Shown: one piece after another, positions 58,083 through 64,000 of the stretch | Layout of the letters: every line of letters starts with the position of its first letter | Numbering within the stretch: position 1 is the first letter of the stretch | NCBI GenBank assembly: GCA_964291415.2 | Contig: OZ219918.1 | Coordinates: 1,184,001-1,248,000, forward strand | DNA from: Alphaproteobacteria bacterium | GTDB lineage: Bacteria > Pseudomonadota > Alphaproteobacteria > SP197 | DNA length: 64,000 nucleotides | Direction of reading: 5' to 3' | Position numbers and translations under genes: made by a program | The notes under the pieces: generated by a model | What the model was told of the DNA's origin: nothing | What the model saw: the letters and a program-made list of their open reading frames with translations, nothing else | Database searches by the model: none

Positions 58083-58147
58083 GGAAATTTCTCCTTTGGT
58101 CCGTTGAACGTTCGTTACGTTGTGCCAGTGATTCCCGTGCTTGTGCG

Positions 58148-59185
58148 TCACCCTCCTTCCTTACCGGGTGTGCCGAACAGTCGAAGGCGATTCACGCCAC
58201 CGTCTGGAATCATGTTGAAGCGGACATGAGTCACCGTTCCGAGGACGGCGACTTCATCCTCGAAGGTGTGGACCCGGTCCATTTCGAGTTTCTGCTCGGG
58301 CAGCAGATCCTGCCAGAACAGTGACGATGCCACGGCCGACGAATCGTCGGCCGCATGCGCGGCAGCCTGAATTGAACATCGGTCGGGATAGTTGCCCTTG
58401 AAGTGGGTGGTGTCGACAACAATTTTTCTGACCGTTCCCGCACAGGCGAGGCGAAACAGCGCCCATTCGTTGCCGGGTTCGCGCCGTCTGCGGGTTTCCC
58501 ATCCCTCGGCCATGGTGGCGCCGACACCGGGATAGAGGATGTTCGCCGGCGATCCGTAGTGCTGGTCGCTGCAGTCCACGAGCCAACCACCGTGTTCGAT
58601 CGCCGCAAGGTCCATCTCTGCCGCGCCGTCCCGGTCGCGAACGATTTCGCCGTAAACGCGCAGGCGAGCGACACCCCCGTCGGGATAGATATTGAGGCGC
58701 ACATGTGTCCACAGACCGTCGTTGTCGATCGGCCGGACGTGGTGAGCGTTCCCCTCCAGGGCGACCGGCGGCAGGACCTCGGTCCAGGTGGTGGCATCAT
58801 CCGGGTCGCCGCTGCAGCGGCAAGCGTCGATGGAAGCGGACGGCGGAAAGTTGCCGGTGAAGTGACTTGTATCGATATCGAAGCCCCGGATTCGTCCGGT
58901 CGCCGAAAGCCTGACGATACAGTAGTCGTGTCCCGTCGTTCTCCTGCGCCTGGTCTCCCATCCGTCCATCCACTTGCCGTGATCGTCGTACCTGTCCGGA
59001 ATGAAGCGCGCGGGACGCGGTTCGAGCATGCGCTCCTTCGGCGCAAACCACTCGTTGTTCGCGAACACCGCGACAGCACCCAGGCGGGGGTCGGCGAGGT
59101 TGGGCCAGCGCTCCGCAAGCGTGTTCTCGCTGGCCGGGACGAACTCGCCGAGTGTCTCGTCGAAGAACAGACCGGCTCCGGTCAT
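58148..59185 (-). CDS. alc: Allantoicase
   Basis: Duplicated GWETRRRR motif, [37 protein letters not shown]. Confidence 0.95.
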   Translation of the reverse strand: MTGAGLFFDETLGEFVPASENTLAERWPNLADPRLGAVAVFANNEWFAPKERMLEPRPARFIPDRYDDHGKWMDGWETRRRRTTGHDYCIVRLSATGRIRGFDIDTSHFTGNFPPSASIDACRCSGDPDDATTWTEVLPPVALEGNAHHVRPIDNDGLWTHVRLNIYPDGGVARLRVYGEIVRDRDGAAEMDLAAIEHGGWLVDCSDQHYGSPANILYPGVGATMAEGWETRRRREPGNEWALFRLACAGTVRKIVVDTTHFKGNYPDRCSIQAAAHAADDSSAVASSLFWQDLLPEQKLEMDRVHTFEDEVAVLGTVTHVRFNMIPDGGVNRLRLFGTPGKEGG

Positions 59186-59661
59186 CGAAGGTCCGTGTCG
59201 AGCGTCACCACGATCCCCTCGTCATCGATGCTCTCCTCTTCGTAGTCCTGATCGAAGACCTCGCCTCTTGCCGAGCGGTCCACAACCAGGAAATCGGCGG
59301 CATGGAGCGCGATGAGGGGGAGATGCCATGTACCGGGGTGGAGGCTGACGCCCTGGCTGTGCCGCGCCACGACGATCAGAAACTCCGAACGGTCGAGAGG
59401 CACGAAGGCCTGACCGGGCACGGGATAACGTTCCATGAGACTCAGCCGGAAGGGAAGCATCGCGAGCATGAGCACCTGGAAGATGCTGAATAGGGGCCTG
59501 CCGTCCTCGGCCGGCACGTCGACCCTGGCGAGGTCGTGATGAGGCAGGACCTCGCCATTGTTGATTTCGAGGCACGAGCGCGGATCCCGTTCGACGACAT
59601 CGCCGAAGGCGCGGAAGGCCAGTCTGGTCAGAGGTTCGACCCGGATCTCCCCTATCGACAT
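59182..59661 (-). pseudogene. allA: Ureidoglycolate lyase, degenerate with in-frame deletion
   Basis: EPLTRLAFRAFGDVV and HDLA present; ERHP replaced by ERYP; FLIVVA joined almost directly to QGVS..GTWH. Confidence 0.7.
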
Positions 59662-59828
59662 TCTGCCACCCCGATTCGCGTGCGGTGCAACATTCAATCG
59701 CTCAATTCAAGCGGCGGTCAAGCGTCCATTGTCTCGGTCCGGGCACCCTTCGGGAGCCGCCTTACGGGCAGTACCGGGCCGTTGCGGCATGATGAGGACC
59801 GTCTGCCGGCATCTCGAGGGGTTTGCCC

Positions 59829-60135
59829 ATGCACTACGTCAGAGCCGGTCGATCTTTCCGTCGACGGCAGCGAGGACCTCTTTCCCGTGGCCCGGGTGTT
59901 CTGCATCGGACGCAACCATGCCGGCCATGCGATCGAGATTGGCGGCAATCCGGAGCGCGAGGAACCGTTCTTCTTCGGCAAGCCGGCCACGGCGATCGTG
60001 CCGACCGGAGGACCGCTTGACGAACCTCCGGCCAACGGCGGTCTTTACCATGAGGTCGAGCTCGGAAAGGGCGGCCGCGACATTCCGGTCCACGCCGCCG
60101 GAGACTGCATCTTCGGCCATGCGGTCGGCGCGTTG
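59829..60135 (+). pseudogene. Truncated fumarylacetoacetate hydrolase family gene
   Basis: FPVARVFCIGRNH, PFFFGKP, HEVEL, GKGGRDI; C-terminal half missing. Confidence 0.78.
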
Positions 60136-60215
60136 CTGTCAACAATTCTATTGAATGCTGCAGTCCCCGAGCATATCTCTTCAGTGCTGGTTCGATCGCT
60201 CACGTGGCTACGCTC

Positions 60216-60461
60216 ATGACGACACTTGTCAAATGCACCGACCCTCCGAAGCAGCTTGCTGAAGCCGTCTGGGTCGATTCCGCACGTATGAGTGGCGTGC
60301 CCGGTTTCCGCGGTACGCGCTTACCGGTTCAACAGCTCTTTGACCGGATTGCGGACGGCATCCCCCTGGACGGGTTCCTGCCCAACTTTCAGGTCGACCG
60401 CAGGGCGGCCACCACCGCCCTGCGTGCCGGAGCGTCGGCCGACTGCGCTTTCCCCTCCTGA
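60216..60461 (+). CDS. DUF433 antitoxin (possibly decaying)
   Basis: DSARMSGVPGFRGTRLPVQQLFD. Confidence 0.75.
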   Translation: MTTLVKCTDPPKQLAEAVWVDSARMSGVPGFRGTRLPVQQLFDRIADGIPLDGFLPNFQVDRRAATTALRAGASADCAFPS

Positions 60462-60470
60462 CTCCCCGGC

Positions 60471-60807
60471 ATGAGGCTTCTCCTTGACGTCGGTGTGTCG
60501 CCGCGCCCGCGCCAGCCACTCCGGCAGCAGCTCGCCGGTGCCTTGGTCAAATCCGCGGAATCTCACAGCTGGCGTTCGCTCCGTGACCACGAACCCTTGT
60601 CTGCGGCGGAGCGTGGCGGTTTCACGACTCCCACAACGACCGATGGGCGCATGGCGGCGAAACAGCCGCACGCACCATCGCCATCATTGTGGTCGACGAC
60701 ATCAGCCTTGCCGGACTCGTGGCCCCGCCTCCAGCATTGCTGAGGCTGTTCGGTCGGCACTCCCCGGCGAGAAGCGCCTCGTGCCGTTCGCACAACTCCG
60801 CCGATGA
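60471..60807 (+). pseudogene. DUF5615/VapC45-like PIN toxin, frameshifted
   Basis: MRLLLDVGVS..WRSLRDHE..TTD; the C-terminus (IAIIVVD, IAEAVRSALPGE) lies in other frames. Confidence 0.7.
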
Positions 60808-60819
60808 TCCGTGCTCCTT

Positions 60820-61090
60820 TGCCGGCTGGGAAGGGGAGGCGATGCCGGGCTGGAACCTTGATGGCGCGCGGACAGATTCCGACGCCGTCCTGATTGCTGC
60901 GGTCTCCGACAACGTGTCAGCACCGGCAATCGCTTCGGGAGGCGTGAAGCGGGCCGATCACCTTGTCGCGGCCCTGAACGCCGGCGCCAACGCCGTGCTT
61001 GCGGCTTCGACTTTCCTCGACGGCGACTGCACGGTGGCCGACTTCAATCAGGCGATGACCCCGAACCGCCTCGAGAACGAGCGGTGGTAG
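60820..61090 (+). pseudogene. C-terminal relic of HisF-like cyclase
   Basis: AVSDNVSAPAIASGG..DHLVAALNAGANAVLAASTFLDG matches the HisF C-terminal pattern. Confidence 0.65.
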
Positions 61091-62295
61091 ACCGCGCCCC
61101 GCCAGTCGATGTCGGCGCAGGACGGCGTCTTCCGATCCTGGCCTTCTGTGCCGGCCACATGGCCGTCGACTGGCCCCACGGCGCACTCTGGATTCTGATT
61201 CCCGCGATCGGCGTTGCCATGGACCTATCGCCATCCGATCTTGGGCTGATGGTGAGCCTTACGGCAATCGGGGGCACGCTGAGCCTGATCCCCGCCGGGA
61301 TGCTCAGCGACCACACCCGGCGCCGGGGAGCTCTCTTCGTGAGCACATTCGTCTGGGTGGCCGCGGGTTACGGCCTTGCCAGCCTGGCGCCTGACTTCTG
61401 GTCCCTGACGCTGCTGCTTGCCGTTGCCGGGATGGGCACCTCGGCCTGGCATCCCCTGGCCACAGGCACGCTGACGCAGGTCCTGCCGGCGCAGCGGGCG
61501 CGAGTGCTGGGTATTCACGCCATGGGCGGTACCCTTGCCGAGGTCTTCGCACCCGTGCTGACCGGCGCCCTGCTGGTCCACGTCGACTGGCGGCAGGGCC
61601 TGCTCCTGGCTGTCGTTCCTGCTGTTGCCATTGGTCTCGTTTTCTTTGCCATACGCGGCCGCCTTACGGTTCCCGCAGAATCTGGTGCGCGCATGGCGGA
61701 TCTCAAGGAGCTCGCGCAACGCTGGCTCAGCCGCGCCGGCCTCCTGCTCGTGGCGATGATCAGCATCTACAACATGGCCATCATGGCCACGCTCGCGATG
61801 GCAACGCTCTTCATCGTCAACGATCTCGGCCTGTCCGAGTTCTGGGCAGGCATCGCGTTCGCCGCGATGATCCTGGCCGGCGCGGTGTTGCAACCGGTGA
61901 TGGGGCATCTCTCCGACACGCTGGGACGGCGCAAGATCTTCGCCTTCTCGCTGCTGGCTGCCGCGCCTCTTGGCTTTCTCATGCCCCTGGTCGAAGCGCC
62001 CTGGCTCGCTCTGGCCTTCCTGATCGCCATGATCGGGGCCTTCTACGGTGTTCGTTCGGTCGTACTCGCTTCTGCGGTGGATTTCGCCGGCAAACGCGAA
62101 GGAACGACGCTGGCGCTGGCCTTCGTGCTCATGGACGGCGTGGGTGCGTTGGGCGCCTTCCTGGGCGGCCATGTCGGTGATATTGACCTCGCCTATGCCT
62201 TCTCGCTTGCCTCGGCGTTCGCCGTGGTGGCAGCGACTCTCGCAGCTGCTTCGACACTTGTCTCCCCGCGCGCACGAAAGGAGGCGGCAACTTGA
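61084..62295 (+). CDS. MFS transporter
   Basis: ~12 TM; GMLSDHTRRR and GHLSDTLGRRK MFS motif A; AWHP. Confidence 0.9.
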   Translation: MVDRAPPVDVGAGRRLPILAFCAGHMAVDWPHGALWILIPAIGVAMDLSPSDLGLMVSLTAIGGTLSLIPAGMLSDHTRRRGALFVSTFVWVAAGYGLASLAPDFWSLTLLLAVAGMGTSAWHPLATGTLTQVLPAQRARVLGIHAMGGTLAEVFAPVLTGALLVHVDWRQGLLLAVVPAVAIGLVFFAIRGRLTVPAESGARMADLKELAQRWLSRAGLLLVAMISIYNMAIMATLAMATLFIVNDLGLSEFWAGIAFAAMILAGAVLQPVMGHLSDTLGRRKIFAFSLLAAAPLGFLMPLVEAPWLALAFLIAMIGAFYGVRSVVLASAVDFAGKREGTTLALAFVLMDGVGALGAFLGGHVGDIDLAYAFSLASAFAVVAATLAAASTLVSPRARKEAAT

Positions 62296-62552
62296 TCATG
62301 CCCCCGAACCAGCTCAAGGACGGTCTTGCCGTGTCATTCGAAAGTCTGGAGTGTGCTTTCGTATCCTGAAGAAGCCGAATCGAAGGAATCGCCCCTGGAG
62401 GCCTCCCGGAAGGGTATCCTGGAACGTCGTCGAGGCGATCCGCTGCCCATCACTGTCGCCGTGTCAACTGATTGTCCCCCGATGTTGGCTGACCTGGCGG
62501 ACAGCTTGACATCGGGTCGATCAAGTCCGGATCATTGATCGGGGAGGCGACC

Positions 62553-63194
62553 ATGGCACTGATGAGTCTGCAGGGCGAAGTTGACCTTCTGCTTGTGATT
62601 GACGTCCAGAACGACTTTTGCCCCGGTGGCACGCTTGGTGTTCCCGGGGGCGATGAGGTGGTCGCCGTCATCAACCGGCTGGCGCCGCACTTTCATCATT
62701 GCGTTGTCACCCAGGACTGGCATCCGGCGGACCATCTTTCCTTTGCCAGCAACCATGCCGGGCGCCAGCCCTTCGAGACAGTATCCCTCGACTATGGCGA
62801 ACAGGTGCTGTGGCCCGATCACTGCATTCAGGGAAGTCACGGCGCATGCTTCCACCGCGACCTTGACCGGCGCGGTGCCGACCTCGTCCTGCGCAAGGGT
62901 TTTCGCCGCGGCATCGATTCCTATTCGGCGTTCCGGGAGAACGACAAGGCGACGCCCACCGGCCTTGCCGGCTACCTGCGCGAACGGGGTTTTGCGCGCC
63001 TCTTCCTCGCCGGTCTGGCGACGGACTTCTGTGTCGCCTGGACGGCGCTCGATGCCGTGGCGGAAGGGTTCGATACCGTCCTCATCGAGGATGCCTGCCG
63101 GGCCATCGATCTTGACGGTTCACTCGCTGCCGCCATGGAGGCCATGACCGGTGCCGGGGTCACGATAACCCGGTCCGCCGCGATGACCGGCTGA
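62553..63194 (+). CDS. pncA: Nicotinamidase/pyrazinamidase
   Basis: IDVQNDFCPGG, TQDWHP, WPDHC, DSYSAF, GLATDFCV. Confidence 0.95.
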   Translation: MALMSLQGEVDLLLVIDVQNDFCPGGTLGVPGGDEVVAVINRLAPHFHHCVVTQDWHPADHLSFASNHAGRQPFETVSLDYGEQVLWPDHCIQGSHGACFHRDLDRRGADLVLRKGFRRGIDSYSAFRENDKATPTGLAGYLRERGFARLFLAGLATDFCVAWTALDAVAEGFDTVLIEDACRAIDLDGSLAAAMEAMTGAGVTITRSAAMTG

Positions 63195-63196
63195 GA

Positions 63197-64000
63197 TCAG
63201 CCGGCAGCTGCCGAGCGCAAGCCTTCGTCCCGCCAGAAATCCGTTGCGGCACCGACATGAGCCGCGAGGTGGCGCGTCAGGTCGTACGCATCGTCCCCCG
63301 CCCCGTGGATGAAACTCGACTTGCGGCGGCGCAGAAATGTCAGCCCGGTGCGGTAGAGCCCCGGGGCCACCACACCTCCGTCATGGCGCAGGCCTCCCTT
63401 GCGATCGAATACCGGAAGATGGAGCCACGAATGGTCCGCCTCGAAACCGGTGGTCCAGATCACGCTTCGGATACCTTCCCGGGCGAAGTCGAGAACCAGG
63501 TCTGGCGATTCGGGGACGCGTGTGGGGGCCGGCCGTTCCGCTGCCTCCACCGCGCCATCGAGCCCGTTGCAGGTCGCCCACTCGTCGAGGGTGTCGAGAA
63601 GACGGCCCTGCTTGAGGTCAGCCAGGGCGCACTTGTTGGCCAGTGAACCGGAGAACTGGGCCCGCCCGTCCGCGACGCCTGCGAGACGTCCCACCAGCCG
63701 GACGCCGTCTGCCGTCAGTGCGTTGAGGTCGAGTGTGCTCCTGGGCTCGCTGCCGACGAGTTGCGGTGAGGGCACGCGGCGGGCTCGCGCAACATCCTCG
63801 ATTTCGTCCCAGCGTTCGTTGTGAAGACCCGAGCGGTCGAGCCACCAGAAGATGTCCCGTCCCCGGTACAGTCTCGGCATGCGCACGTGCTCCCCCACGG
63901 CGAGGGTGACCGGGCGTCCCGAGCGCCGCACCTCTTCTGCGATCTGGACGCCGCTTGCGGATGCGCCGACCACCAGCACGCCCCCTGGAGGCAGGCTGGA
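63197..64000 (-). CDS. Flavin-containing monooxygenase (CzcO-like), 5' end outside window
   Basis: VLVVGASASGVQIAEE, PRLYRGRDI, WTTGF, SSFIHGAGDDA. Confidence 0.88.
   Translation of the reverse strand, partial: SSLPPGGVLVVGASASGVQIAEEVRRSGRPVTLAVGEHVRMPRLYRGRDIFWWLDRSGLHNERWDEIEDVARARRVPSPQLVGSEPRSTLDLNALTADGVRLVGRLAGVADGRAQFSGSLANKCALADLKQGRLLDTLDEWATCNGLDGAVEAAERPAPTRVPESPDLVLDFAREGIRSVIWTTGFEADHSWLHLPVFDRKGGLRHDGGVVAPGLYRTGLTFLRRRKSSFIHGAGDDAYDLTRHLAAHVGAATDFWRDEGLRSAAAG

Noticed and set aside
62298-62538. Possible pncB C-terminal relic upstream of pncA
   Set aside because: Context is suggestive but no convincing motif.
1-64000. CRISPR array, tRNA, rRNA, integrase or TnpA
   Set aside because: No regularly spaced repeats, cloverleaf or rRNA-like sequence, or recombinase/transposase motifs were recognised by eye.

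Overview
GC-rich bacterial chromosomal segment, probably proteobacterial. It is dominated by nitrogen- and carbon-scavenging genes: three ABC importers, mtnK, GMC/DAO/HcnABC-like oxidoreductases, amt, an amidase, allantoicase, cox/xdhC molybdoenzyme maturation genes, ilvA and pncA. These are interleaved with many decayed gene relics and four type II toxin-antitoxin loci, three of which have a dead toxin. No rRNA, tRNA or CRISPR array was seen. The most unusual feature is a ~1.33 kb element (16166-17494) whose only gene is a catalytically intact TnpB with its own near-consensus promoter. It is bounded by ~25-bp imperfect terminal inverted repeats (TIRs) and a 7-8 bp target-site duplication (TSD), ends that look like a DDE (IS1595-like) cassette rather than IS200/IS605 or IS607. 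Two inserts are flanked by diverged direct repeats of native genes: a tacA islet and a ~16 kb block between two copies of an SDR-CmcJ-GST cassette. Also notable are a SAM-methyltransferase-HNH fusion and a LeuA/homocitrate-synthase-like protein with rewritten catalytic motifs. All calls come from reading motifs by eye; no database search was run.
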